NCBI GenBank assembly: GCA_940746715.1
Contig: CALNWN010000006.1
Coordinates: forward strand, 210,922-274,921
Source: an uncultured Paraburkholderia sp.
Lineage (GTDB): Bacteria > Pseudomonadota > Gammaproteobacteria > Burkholderiales > Burkholderiaceae
Direction: 5' to 3'
DNA length: 64,000 nucleotides
The notes under the pieces are model-generated. The model had not been told where the DNA came from. It saw only the letters and a list, made by a program, of their open reading frames with translations, and made no database searches. The translations under genes and the position numbers were made by a program. Shown piece after piece: positions 10,824-26,741 of this stretch; the first letter of the stretch is position 1, and every line of letters starts with the position of its first letter.

Positions 10824-12043
10824 ATGCTGAAGTTAGATTTTCATCCCGCCGGCCGTCACTTCCTGCAGATTCCCGGGCCGAGCCCCGTGCCCGATCGCAT
10901 CCTCCGCGCGATGAGCTATCCGACCATCGACCATCGCGGACCGGAATTCGGCGAACTGGGTCTCAAGGTGCTCGACGGGATCAAGAAAATCTTCAAGACG
11001 CAGCATCCGGTGGTGATTTATCCGGCGTCCGGCACGGGCGCATGGGAGGCGGTGCTCTCGAACACGCTAAGCCCGGGCGACCACGTGTTGATGTATGAGA
11101 CGGGTCACTTCGCGACGCTCTGGAAAAAGATGGCGGAAAGCCTCGGCCTCACGCCGGGGTTCCTCGGCTTGCCGGGTATCGAAGGCTGGCGGCGCGGCGT
11201 TCAGCCGCACATGGTCGAAGAGCGCCTGCGCGCCGACACGCAGCAGTCGATCAAGGCGGTCTGCGTCGTGCACAACGAAACCTCGACGGGCGTCACGTCG
11301 GACATCGCGGCCGTGCGCCGCGCGATCGACGCCGCGGGCCATCCCGCGCTGTTGCTCGTGGACACGATCTCGGGCCTCGCGTGCGCCGATTATCGCCACG
11401 ACGAATGGGGCGTCGACGTTACCGTCAGGCTCGCAGAAAGGCTTGATGCTGCCGCCGGGCATCAGCTTCAACGCGATCTCGCCGAAGGCCCTCGCTGCCG
11501 GCACAAGCACGCAAAGCTGCCGCGCAGCTTCTGGGACTGGAGCGAAATCGTCGAGATGAACAAGACCGGCTACTGGCCGTACACGCCCAACACGAATCTG
11601 CTGTAGGCCTTCACGAGGCGATCGACATGATTCTGGGCGAAGGCCTCGACAACGTGTTTGCGCGCCACGAGCGTCTTGCCGAGGCGACGCGCCGCGCGGT
11701 GCGCGCATGGGACTTGAGATTCAGTGCGCGGATCCGGCTGTATACAGCCCGGTGCTGACCGGCGTGATGATGCCCGAGGGCGTGGATGCCGACGGCGGTG
11801 CGCAGGCTCATCTACGAACGGTTCGACATGTCGCTCGGCACGGGGCTCGGCAAGATGAAAGGCCGCATGTTCCGCATCGGTCATCTGGGCGACTGCAACG
11901 ACCTGATGCTGCTCGCCACGTTCGCCGGCTGCGAAATGGGCCTGCGTCTCGCAGGCGTTCCCCTCAAGGGAAGCGGCTTGCCTGCCGCGATGAACTGGTT
12001 AAGCGAGCCGGCGCAAGCCGCGGGATTGAAGCTGGCAGACTGA
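10824..12043 (+). pseudogene. Serine/alanine-glyoxylate aminotransferase (class V PLP), multiple frameshifts
   Basis: LQIPGPSPVP, VHNETSTGV, VDTIS, GSQKGLMLPPG, FRIGHLG spread over several frames. Confidence 0.9.
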
Positions 12044-12248
12044 CGAGACCGCGGCGGCAAGCTCGAACCGCCGCTTCGATAGAAAACAGGAACAACGCAA
12101 ACAGGCATCAACGAAGTCAGTTCCATCATGAAGCCGCGCACAGAACGCGGCCCTGAACAATGCGATGGCGAGGCGGCGCGTGCCGCCTTGCGACGACGAA
12201 GCGCGCCCTATCAGGAACGCCGTCGACACATGCAAATGGAGAGAGACG

Positions 12249-13532
12249 ATGAAGCGGTTTCGTGTGACCAGTGCGACCAGTATTGTTCTAGTGATGCTCT
12301 GCATCATGTACTTCATCACCTACCTGGACCGCGTCAACGTCAGTACGGCGGCAGCGGGCTTCGGCAAGGAATTCCATCTTTCGCACACGGAAGTCGGCCT
12401 CGTGTTCTCGGCTTTCGCGTATCCGTATCTGCTTTTCCAGATCATCGGCGGCTGGGTCAGCGACCGCTTCGGCGCGAGGCGCACCTTGCTCGCGTGCGGC
12501 GCGATCTGGGGCATCGCCACCTTGCTGACCGGTTTTGCCGGCGGTCTGATGTCGCTGCTGGCGGCGCGCGTGCTGCTCGGTTTCGGTGAAGGCGCAACTT
12601 TCCCGGCGGCGACGTCCGCCATGGCGCGCTGGGTCGCGAAGGAAAAGCGCGGCTTCGCGCAAGGCATCACGCATGCGGCTTCGCGCGTCGGCAATGCGGT
12701 CGCGCCCGGCATTGTCGTGCTGGTGATGGCAAGCTGGGGATGGCGCGAATCGTTCTATATCTGCGGCGCGTTCAGCCTTCTGTGGGTTGTCGTGTGGGCG
12801 CTCACCTTCACCGAGCATCCGAAAGACCACCCGCGCATCACGAAGGAAGAACTCGAAGTCCTGCCCACTCCCAAAGCGAAGGGCGCTGGCGTGCCGTGGG
12901 GCAAGCTGTTTCGCCGCATGGCGCCCGTCACGATTGTTTACTTCTACTATGGCTGGACACTGTGACTGTTCCTCAGCTGGATCCCGCAGTACTTCCTGCA
13001 CAGCTATCACCTCGAATTGAAGAAGTCGGCGATTTTCGCGTCGGTCGTGTTTCTCGCCGGCGTCGTGGGCGATACGCTTGGCGGCATCGTCACCGACTTC
13101 ATCTACACGCGCACCGGCAGCCTCAAGCGTGCGCGCAGCTGGATGGTGTCGGTGTGCATGCTGTTCTGCCTGCTGTCGCTGATTCCGCTGATGTTCACGC
13201 ACCACCTGTATGTGTCGATGGCGTGTCTCGCGTCGGGCTTCTTCGCCGAAATGACGATTGGCCCGATGTGGGCGATTCCGATGGACATCGCGCCGGAAGC
13301 CTCCGGCACGGCGAGCGGCATGATGAACACGGGCTCCGCGCTCGCGGCGATCATCTCGCCGGTGGTGGGCGGCTTCCTGATCGACTATTTCGGCAACTGG
13401 GAGTTGCCGTTCGTCGGCAGCATGCTGTTGATGGCGCTCGGTGTCGTGCTCGCGTTCCGCATGCAACCGGAAAGCAGGTTCGCGGGCGGCGGCGCCGACA
13501 AGGGGCAGGTGTCCACCAGCATGGGCGTGTAA
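12249..13532 (+). pseudogene. MFS ACS-family (DgoT/GudP-like) transporter with in-frame TGA at 12963-12965
   Basis: ITYLDRVNVS, GEGATFPA motifs; WTL*LFLSWIP with the frame preserved. Confidence 0.9.
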
Positions 13533-13535
13533 GCG

Positions 13536-14320
13536 ATGCTCAGGTCCTTTCGCGCCGACTACCTCAAGCTGAGCACCTCGCCGCTCAGCCGCCTGCTTGC
13601 CGATGCGCGCCGCAATCACGCGACGCTCGGGAAACTCCAGCCCAACCGCGCGCCCGCCGACGCGGACGCGGCCTATGCCATCCAGCACGAAATTCTCGGC
13701 ATTGCCGGCGCGCGTCGGCGGCTGGAAGATCGGGGCGAAGTCAGCAAGCGGCCCGATTCAAGGCGCGCCGCTGCCGGACATCGATTTGCATCCCGATGGC
13801 GTGATGCTGCCGCGCGCGGCCTTTACGCCGCTCGCGCTCGAACTGGAAATCGCGTTTCGTTTCGGCCGCAGCTTCGAGCTTTCGGCCGCGCCTTATCGCG
13901 AAGCCGACGTGCACGCGGCCATCGGCTCGTTTCGGCGCGACAATCGAAATTGTCGCCAGCCGTTTCGCGGAGTGGCCCGACGTGGACCGGCTCGCGCAAC
14001 TCGCGGACTTGCAGAACCACGGCGCGCTGATCGTCGGCGAATTCATGCCGTATCACGACGATTTTCCGTTTGTTGCACCTGCGCTGCGCTTCGACTTCAA
14101 CGGGCGCGATGTCGTCGAATTGACGCCCGCGAACCCGGCGGGCGATCCGCGCCGATTGCTCACATGGCTCGTCAATCACGCGACGTCGCGCGGCATCAGG
14201 GTGACGCCGGACATGATCGTCACCACGGGTTCGTACACCGGCATGTTTTTTCCACGGAGCGCGGGCATGGCGCACGGGCGCATTGAAGGATTGCCGCCGG
14301 TGAGCGTCACGCTGTACTGA
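13536..14320 (+). pseudogene. FAH-superfamily hydratase/decarboxylase (2-keto-4-pentenoate hydratase-like), frameshifted
   Basis: AYAIQ, GWKIG, ELEIAF, ADLQNHGAL, VTTGSYTG across three frames. Confidence 0.85.
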
Positions 14321-14401
14321 ACGAACGGGCGCTCACGGCGCACGCGTGAGCGCGTTGCGCGAAGAGTAGGCAGTGCACGTAGTGCCACAACCATCGATGT
14401 T

Positions 14402-17315
14402 ATGACGAATCCCACTTCCGCTTTGCTGGTCAAGCCGATTCATCTGGTGCCGTCTGCCGCGCGGCTGACGACGCCGCTCGCGCAACATCTGCGCAAGGCG
14501 CTGCGCGGCGATGTGCTGTTCGATGCGGCGAGCCGCGGCCGTTATTCGACCGATGCATCCATCTATCAGATCATGCCCGTTGGCGTGGTCGTGCCGCGCG
14601 ATCAGGACGATTTGCGCACTGCGCTCGAGATTGCGCGCAGCGAAAAGGTGCCGCTGCTCGCGCGCGGCGCGGGCACGAGCCAGTGTGGACAGACCGTCGG
14701 CGAAGCGCTCGTGATCGACACGAGCAAGTGGCTGAACAATATCGTGGATTTCGATGCAGAGGCGCGCACCGTGACCGTGGAGCCGGGCGTCGTGCTCGAC
14801 CACCTGAACGCATGGCTCAAGCCGCACGGTCTGTGGTTTCCCGTGGATGTGTCGACGGCTGCGCAGTGCACGATCGGCGGCATGGCGGGCAACAATTCCT
14901 GCGGCTCCCGCTCGATCGAATACGGCAACATGGTGCACAACGTCGAGGCCATCGACGCGATCCTGGCCGACGGCAGCGAAGCGCATTTCGCGTCGTTGCG
15001 AAACGCGCCGCAAGGTGCGCGATTGCAGCAGATCGTCGAAGGCGTGCGGCAGATCGCACAACGCGAGCGCGACGAGATCGTGGCGCGCGTGCCGAAAGTG
15101 TTGCGCCGCGTGGCCGGCTACAACATTGACCTGTTCGATTGCCAGAACCCGCGCGCATATACCGACGACGGCGTCGCGAATCTCGCGCATCTGCTGGTCG
15201 GCTCCGAGAGCACGCTCGCGTTCAGCCGTCAGTTGACGCTGAAGCTGGCGCCGCTGCCCGCGCACAAGAGACGCTCGGCGTGGTCAACTTCCCGACCTTC
15301 TGGCAGGCGATGGATCTCACGCAGCGCATCGTCAAGCTGAAGCCGGTTGCGGTGGAACTCGTCGATCGCACCATGATCGATCTGGCGATGAGCAACCCGG
15401 CGTTCCGTCCGGTCGTCGCCAGGGCGCTGGTGGGCGAGCCGCAAGCGGTGCTGCTCGTGGAGTTCGCGCGCGAGTCGCGCAACGCACAACTGCGTTCGCT
15501 CAGGCAACTGACCGAATTGATGGCCGATCTCGGCTTGCCCGGCTCCGTGGTCGAAATGCCGGACATGAATGCGCAGAAGGCGCTGTGGGAAGTGCGCAAG
15601 GCCGGGCTCAACATCATGATGAGCATGAAGGGCGACGGCAAGCCGGTGTCCTTCATTGAAGACTGCGCAGTGCCGCTCGAACATCTCGCCGAATATACGA
15701 GCCGGCTCACCGAGGTTTTTCATCGGCATGGCACGGAAGGCACGTGGTACGCGCACGCGAGCGTCGGCACGCTGCATGTGCGGCCGATTCTCGACATGCG
15801 CCGCGACGGCGCGACAAAAATGCGCGCGATCGCCGAAGAAGCGGCGGCGCTCGTGCGCGAATACAAAGGCGCCTATTCCGGCGAACACGGCGACGGCTTG
15901 TGCCGCGGCGAATGGGTGGCGTGGCAATACGGTCCGGCACTGAGCCAGGCCTTCGGCGAGATCAAGGCGCTGTTCGATCCGGATAACCGCTTCAATCCCG
16001 ACAAGATGGTGCGTCCGCCGAAAATGGACGACGCGCTACTTCCGTTTCGCGCCTGGCTATCGCGAACAGCGCATGGAAACGGCGCTGGACTGGTCGGCGT
16101 GGAATGTGCAACGCGATCCGCTGACCGGCCGCGAAAGCGCGCCGGGCAGCGGCAACGATCTGTCGGGCGGTCTCGCCAAAGCCGTGGAGATGTGCAACAA
16201 CAACGGCCACTGCCGCAAGTTCGACGCCGGCACCATGTGCCCGAGCTACCGCGTGACGAAAGACGAGCAGCACCTCACGCGTGGGCGCGCGAACACCTTG
16301 CGTCTGGCGATTTCCGGGCAGCTCGGCGAAGCGGGCCTCGCCAGCGACGACGTGAAGGACACGCTCGACCTCTGCGTGTCGTGCAAGGGCTGCAAGCGCG
16401 ATTGCCCGACGGGCGTCGATATGGCGAAGTTCAAGATCGAGGCGCGCGCCGCACGCGTCAAACGCCATGGACTGACGTTGCGCGACAAGCTCGTCGCCTT
16501 CATGCCGCGCTATGCGGCCACGGCGAGCCGCGTGCCTGGTTTGATCGCGCTGGCCGACAAGCTGCCCCTCTTGTCGACATGGCTCAAACGCTCGGTAGGC
16601 TTCGCGAGCGAACGGAGCTTGCCGCGCTTCGCCAGGCCGTTTCTGTCGACTGTGAAGCCGACGGTGAACACGCGCGGCGCGGCGCTAAAAGAAGTGCTGC
16701 TGTTCGTCGACACCTTCAATAACCACATGGAGCCCGACAACGCGCGTGCAGCGCAAAAAGTGCTGGAGGCAGCCGGCTACACCGTCCACTTCAACACGCG
16801 GCAGGGCGAGCGGCCGGTGTGCTGCGGGCGTACGTTTCTCGCGGCGGGTTTGGTCGATGAAGCGAAGCACGAAGCGCGGCGCATGCTCGATCTTTTCGAG
16901 CCGTTCGTCGCGCGCGGCGTGCCGGTTGTGGGTCTCGAGCCTTCGTGTCTGCTTTCGTTGCGTGACGAGTTTCTGCACTACGGATTCGGCGACGAAGCCG
17001 CGCAGCTCGCGAAGCACGCGTTTCTATTCGAAGAGTTTCTCGTGCGCGAGCAGCAAGCCGGACGCCTGCAGCTATCGCTGAAACCGCTGGCCACGCAACA
17101 GGCGCTCGTGCATGGCCATTGTCATCAGAAGGCGTTCGACGCCTTCACGTCCGTGCAAACCGTTCTGACATGGATTCCTGAGCTGACGGTATCGACGGTG
17201 GAGTCGTCGTGCTGCGGAATGGCCGGCAGCTTCGGCTACGAAGCGGAGCATTACGCGACCTCGCAGGCCATGGCCGAGCTGTCGCTATTGCCGGCCGTGC
17301 GCAAGATGGACGCCG
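14402..17315 (+). pseudogene. FAD-binding / Fe-S oxidoreductase (GlcD-GlcF fusion, YdiJ-like), frameshifted and C-terminally truncated
   Basis: RGAGTSQCGQ, SGEHGDG, CNNNGHC, CVSCKGCKRDCP, HGHCHQKA, CCGMAGSFGYE; shifts near 15270 and 16035. Confidence 0.9.
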
Positions 17316-18095
17316 CATTTCAGTTCGAGGCGGTACGGCGCCTCGCCGCAATGCAGCGCCTTTACATTGACGGGGATCGCGACGTGCGCACCGAACTTCT
17401 GCGCCTGCACGAACTCGCGCCCGGCCAGTGCCTGGCCGGAGATGCCAGTGGGGAAGCCGAGATAGTTTTCGATTCGCGAGCTCGCGCCGGCCTGGCCGCC
17501 CGGCGCGCGGCTGTCGAGCACGATCACCGAAAGCCCTCCGACGCCGCATACACGGCCGTGGCGAGCCCGGCCGGTCCCGCGCCCACAATCGCGACGTCAT
17601 ACACCATGGAGTCGTTGAGATCGGGCAGCAGGCCAAGTGCGGTGGCCAGTTCCGGCATGCTCGGGTGACGCAGCACCGAGCCGTCCGGACAGATGACGAG
17701 CGGCATATCCCCGTCTTGCGCGCCGAATTGCTCGACGAGACGCAAGGCGTCCTCGTCGCATTCGTCGATCGTGGAGTGCGGATGGCCGTTGCGCGACAGG
17801 AAACCTTGCAGCATGACGAGCCGCGCGTCGGTACTGCTGCCGATCAGGATCGGCCCGCCCGCGCCCTTTTCGATCAGCGAGACGCGCCGGAGAATCAGCG
17901 CGCATGATGCGCTCGCCGAGTTCGGCTTCCGCCACGAGCAGTGCGCGCAGCTTTTCCGGCGGAATCAGCAATGCCTCGACATGGCTGAGCGCCATGCCGT
18001 TGACGAGCGCGTGGCGCCCCGACAGTTGACCGACCTCGGCGAGAAAATGCCCCGGCCCATGCTCGCCGATCAGCACTTCGCGTCCGATGCCGTCG
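17315..18095 (-). pseudogene. Internal fragment of a cNMP-binding-domain thioredoxin-reductase-like FAD oxidoreductase
   Basis: HFLAEVGQLSG (cNMP domain), YDVAIVGAGPAGLATAVYAASEG, GGQAGASSRIENYLGFPTGISG; both ends missing. Confidence 0.85.
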
Positions 18096-18980
18096 CGCAG
18101 GGGCAGCACGTCATCAAAGCCTGCTTCGTTCAACTGCTTGGCCATCCAGGCGGCCGAGATTTCATTGGGACACGAACAGTAGATCACCACTTTCTGGTTG
18201 CGCGGATACGTGGCGACGATCTGGTCCAGCTGCCGCTCGTCGGCGAATTGCGAGCCGGGAATGACGAACGGATCGAGCTTGCGTTTCTCGTGCCAGCGGA
18301 TGTCGAACAGCACCGGTGTGTTGCCGGCCGAGACGAGCGCGGCGAGTTCGTCGACTTCCATGCGCGCGGACGCGAGCTTGTTGATCAACTGACGACGGCG
18401 AATCCACCGGTACGCCGCATACAACAGCAGCAGCGCGATGGCGACGAGACCGGCCGTGCGCCCTAACCGCCCGGCGGCCGCGAACACCATGTCGATCTGG
18501 TGCGCGAACAATGCGCCGACGATGAGCCCGGTGCCCGACCACAACGCGGCGCCGATGCCGTCGTAAGTGAGAAACGTGCGATAGCGCGTGCCCATGGCGC
18601 CGGCCATTGGAATCGACACGATGGACAAGCCCGGGACGAATTTGGCGACGGCCAGCACGCGCACGCCCCAGCGCCCGAAGAACCGCTCCGTCTTCTTCAC
18701 GCACGTGTCGCGCGACAGCGAGAGGCGGCAGATGGTCTTGAGCGTATTGCCGCCGTACACGCGGCCCGCCAGATACCACGCGCTGTGCCGATCAGCGTGG
18801 CGAAAATCGACAGCACGAGCACCGGCAGCAGTTGCGTGCCGACGGAGCCCGGATGCATCGCGGCCATCGCCCCGAACAACACGAGCGACGGCATGGCCGG
18901 CACGGGCAGGCCGATGGAGGCGGCGAGCACGTTGGCAAAGACGAGCGCCGGGCCGTATGCTCGACGAGGGCATGTAGCAT
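18096..18980 (-). pseudogene. DedA/VTT plus rhodanese membrane protein, frameshifted and 3'-fused
   Basis: GLPVPAMP, VAKFVPGLS, VIYCSCPNE motifs; the tail reads in frame into the trxB-like fragment. Confidence 0.85.
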
Positions 18981-19283
18981 CGACTTACATCCGCGGCCTT
19001 TTCAGGCACGGCGCGCAGTGGGAAAGCAAAGGAGAATGGAGCGATTATGGACCATTTTCAAGGCCTGCAAAGCCCTTGAACCACAACGGTTATTCGGGGT
19101 TGCAAGCGTTAGCGCCGGTCACAAACACATAACCCGGCGCGGCCCAACTGAAGGAAAAACGATTGAAGCTCGCGTGCTTAAAGAAGATGGCGCGCGAAGA
19201 GGGAAGAAGCGGCGCGCCGCGAGCACGGCGCCTGAGGAGCCGCCGAACTCGACGCGTTTGCGCTCACGCGCCGCATGGTGCAG

Positions 19284-19508
19284 TTATTGACGGTGATTGT
19301 GCTGCTCGCCCGGCAGTTCGGCGCCGTGCGCGCGAATCGCCGCAATCAGCTCGGCGGGCGTGATTTCGTAGCGCACTTCCCGATGTATGCCCGGCTTACG
19401 CTCGTCGACTTCGATCAGAAGGATGCCTTTGCCGTCTTCTGTCGACTCGAGGCGCAGCGTGCGCAGTTCGCGCCCGGTTGCGTCGTCGTATTCGGTGAGC
19501 AGGGCCAT
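19284..19508 (-). CDS. Small hypothetical protein
   Basis: MALLTEYDDATGRELRTLRLE..., about 74 aa, typical codon usage. Confidence 0.6.
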   Translation of the reverse strand: MALLTEYDDATGRELRTLRLESTEDGKGILLIEVDERKPGIHREVRYEITPAELIAAIRAHGAELPGEQHNHRQ

Positions 19509-19889
19509 TGACCCGGAAGACCCGGTAGTGCGCATCGAAGTTGTCCTCGTTCCGTTGTTGATCGAATCATTGTACGGGCAGCATGGCGCGCCGTCTGTCG
19601 CGCAATATTGACGTTTGAGCGATTCTCCGACGCCGCGACCACGTCCCTCGGTGACAATGAGTTTAACGCGACTCGTCGCGCGGACGACTGCATTTTTCCT
19701 GCCCCGTGGCGGTGCACGCGTTCTTCAGGACTGTCACGCGCGTGACGCGAGCTGCGGTTACGCGCAGCGACGAAGCGTGTGCCTGTTGATCGGCAAAAAC
19801 GCCCGACGGCTGCAGTCCATGCAGCGAAGATGCAGCGCGCATTGCAACGCATTCCGGCATGAGAAGATGCCGTGCGCGGCGAGACGCTG

Positions 19890-20494
19890 CTATAGCGGTC
19901 CGCCGCAGTGTGCCTCGCGCATCCGCTGCAACTCCCGCATCTCCGGGGCGCGCAGCGGCGCGTCGCCGTCCAGAAAAAATTCGTCCAGTTGCGGCGGCGC
20001 GATTGCGGTGCCGCTCAACATCGCATGAACCTGCCCGCGATGGTGGATCTGATGCACGAAGAGATGCGGCAGCACCTTGCCGACGCTTTCGCGATGCACG
20101 CCGACAGAAGGACCGCGGTCTATTGCCACTTCGCGCTGCAAATCGCCAGGTGTCAGTGATTCGCAGAAGCTGAGCAGCGCGTGGTCGCTGGCCGCCTGCG
20201 CTTCCCACAGTGGCGCGGCGCGCGGATAAGGGAGTTCGTCGTCGAAAATCGCGAGGCCCAAGCCGCCGCCTACGAGCGCGTCGAAGTAATAGCGGTCCAC
20301 CAGCAAGATGTGATTTAACGTGAGCTGCAACGACGGGAAGAAGCTCACCCTGCGCGCGGCGAACGCCTCGTCGCTCAAGCTCAGACAGCGCGATACAGCC
20401 GGAGGTTCGACCAGGCGTTGTTGCGCGCCATCGCGGTGAAATGCGAACACAAAGGATCGCGCGGCGCGGCGCCTTGCAAGTCGGAAGAAATCAT
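19890..20494 (-). pseudogene. DinB-family protein, frameshift near 20385
   Basis: MARNNAWSNLRL, SLQLTLNHILLVD, HLFVHQIHHRGQVHAML. Confidence 0.85.
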
Positions 20495-20583
20495 GTCTGC
20501 CTCCGCGTGCTGACGAGTGTGGATGGGTGAGCATGAGTTTGTGCGCATAAACCGCCGCGCCGGCACAGCTTAAACCGCGCGCA

Positions 20584-20612
20584 AAAAAACGGCCCGTCCG
20601 CGTGGACGGGCC
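20584..20612 (-). terminator. Intrinsic terminator downstream of aer
   Basis: Hairpin CGGCCCGTCC-GCGT-GGACGGGCCG preceded by an A-run (U-tract on minus strand). Confidence 0.75.
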
Positions 20613-20722
20613 GCTAAACGCCGTTGTTACTTGGGTCAGACTGCCCTACATCCATTGGGCACTGACGCTTGCATTGTGAGGCGCCAATACATGGCTGTCG
20701 AGGTGGGAGTAATGCCGATCTA

Positions 20723-22390
20723 TCAGATCAATGCGGCCTCGTCTTGTGCGGCATCGTGAGAATTGCGCGGATCGCGGGCGCCGCGCGGAACGTGCCGCAC
20801 GGCAATTGCCGGCTTCGCGTCGTGCGCCGCATCGACTGAAGCGCGGCGACGTGCCTGCGCTGCCGTGTGCGACGCAGACACCGACCCAGCCCCGGCGTCA
20901 GCCACCGTGAATAGACGCACGGCCTCGCTCAGCACGTCGGCTTGCGCGGCAAGACGCTGCGCCGTGACCGCGGCCTGCTCGACGAGCGCGGCGTTCTGCT
21001 GGGTCGCGCCGTCCAGGTGCGAAACCGCTTGGTTTACCTAGCGAATGCCTTCGGCCTGCTCGCTGCTCGCGTTCGCCACTTCCACGATGATCGACGACAC
21101 GCGTTTGACCGCTTCGTCGATGGCGCGCATTTGCGACGTCGTGCGTGCAACCAGTTCGGTGCCCGCTGCAACCTCCGCCGCGCTCGCCTCGACCACCGTC
21201 TTGATTTCCTTCGACGACGCCGCGCAACGTTGCGCGAGCATCCGCACTTCGCTCGCGACCACCGCGAACGAGCGGCCCGCCTCGCCGGCGCGCGCGGCTT
21301 CGACGGCGGCATTCAGCGCCAGAATGTTGGTCTGAAAGGCGATGCCGTCGATCACCCCGGTGATGTCGGCAATGCGCCGCGAGGCGGCCGTGATGTCCGC
21401 CATCGTCTGTTCGACCTGGCCTGCGATCTTGCCGCCCTCGGCGGCGGCTTGCGCGTCTTTCGCGAGATCCAGCGCGCACGCTAGCGTCCGCGTTCGCTTG
21501 CACGGTGGTGGTCAACTCCTCCATCGTGGCGGCGGTTTCCTCGAGCGACGCCGCCTGCAATTCCGTGCGACGCGCGAGGTCCACGTTGCCGCTCGAAATT
21601 TCGCGCGCGTTGTCGAGCATGCCGTGGATCTGCTCGCGCACGTCGTAGACGATCGCAGCCAGATTCGCCTTCAACTGATTCAGTGCCTGCAATACGTCGC
21701 CGAGATCGTCGTGACGCGTGATCTGCAGATCGACCGTCAGATCGCCGGCGGCGAGGCGGGTAGCGAAGCCGCGCATATCGCGCACGGGCGCCGCGACGTG
21801 CCGCGCAAGCAGGCTCCATGAAACGAAACTGACGGCGCTTGCCACGGCGAATGCGATCCAGAACGGCGCGGGCGGCGCGCCCTGCCATGACGCGAGGCCG
21901 GCCGCGGCCAGCGCGAGCGGCGTCAGCGCATAGCCGGTCGCCGCGCACGACGACCCCGCGCAACAACCTGACGCCGCGTGCTTCGCCCGCGCGCATGCGG
22001 GCGTACAGGGCTTCCGCGGCGCGCACGGCGTCGCGCGCGGGCTTCACGCGCACGCTGAGATAGCCGACCACGACGCCCTTCTTGACCACGGCGGTGACGT
22101 TCGCATGAACCCAGTAATGGTCGCCATTCTTGCGGCGATTCTTGACGAGCGCGGTCCACGGGCGCCCATCGCGGATCGTGGTCTACATGTCGGCGAAGGC
22201 TTCGCGCGGCATGTCAGGATGGCGGATGAGATTGTGCGGCTGGCCGATGAGCTCTTCGTGCGTATAGCCCGACACGGCGACAAAGGCCGGATTGCAATAC
22301 TCGATGCGGCCGGTGAGATCGGTCGCAGAAACAAGCATTTGCGACGAGGGGAATTCGTACTCGTGCCGTGACAGGCTGGTTATTGCGCAT
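20723..22390 (-). pseudogene. aer: Aerotaxis receptor (PAS-MCP) with two nonsense codons and frameshifts
   Basis: [48 protein letters not shown]; TAG at 22183-22185 (Trp position) and 21038-21040. Confidence 0.9.
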
Positions 22391-22680
22391 GACTTTCCTT
22401 GCTGTGCTCACGCCGCGCCGTGCGTGGTCTGACGTCGTTGCAAGGAATAACGGCATTAGCTCTGATGTCTTGAGGGTTTTCCACTAATCCACTCAGGTTT
22501 GCCGGTGCGAGTGCCGTTAAAGCAGGGTTCGGGTGCAGCCGGAAAAGGTTCGATTTAAAGGTGCCGGATGCGTCGCGCGCGACCTTCAAAGCGTCTACAC
22601 TGCGCCGGTGTAGGCCAGCAGACGGGGTTCGCCGGAAATCGCAGCGGTCTGCCTGCGCGAACCGCAACATACTTGAGCCG

Positions 22681-26231
<3,551 letters not shown>

Positions 26232-26234
26232 GGC

Positions 26235-26636
26235 TCAGCCCGGCCGGCGCGCGATGAAGTCGATTTCCACCAGCGCGTCACGAGCCAAGGCAGTGACGCC
26301 GATGCAGGTGCGCGCGGGCAGCGCGTCCGCGGGAAAGTACGCGCGGTACGCCTCGTTCATTGCCGCGTAGTCGCGCTTGAACTCGGTGAGGAAAATGCGC
26401 ACGGCGACCACGTGTTGCAGGCCGAGATCGAGGCCCTTCAGCACGAGCACGAGGTTGTCCATGACGCGCCGGGTCTGCGCGACCACGCCTTCGGGAAGCG
26501 GCGCGGCGTCGTCAGTGGGAGAGGTGGGCATCTGGCCCGTGAGGAACACCCAGCCGTCGGCTTCGGCGGCGTGGCTAAACGGGCCGACCGGCGTCGGGGC
26601 GCCGGGGATCATCCAGAAAGCGGGGGTGGGGCTCAT
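26235..26636 (-). CDS. RidA/YjgF family protein, intact
   Basis: GPFSHA, FLTGQMP, PARTCIGVTALARDALVEID. Confidence 0.9.
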   Translation of the reverse strand: MSPTPAFWMIPGAPTPVGPFSHAAEADGWVFLTGQMPTSPTDDAAPLPEGVVAQTRRVMDNLVLVLKGLDLGLQHVVAVRIFLTEFKRDYAAMNEAYRAYFPADALPARTCIGVTALARDALVEIDFIARRPG

Positions 26637-26741
26637 GGAGATTGCACCTCACGGCTGAGAGTGTCGGGTTGACACGATAACCGATCAAAAGTCGCGATGC
26701 CGGCACACGGGCCGGCATCATCTCCTGAAGCGATCCGGCGC

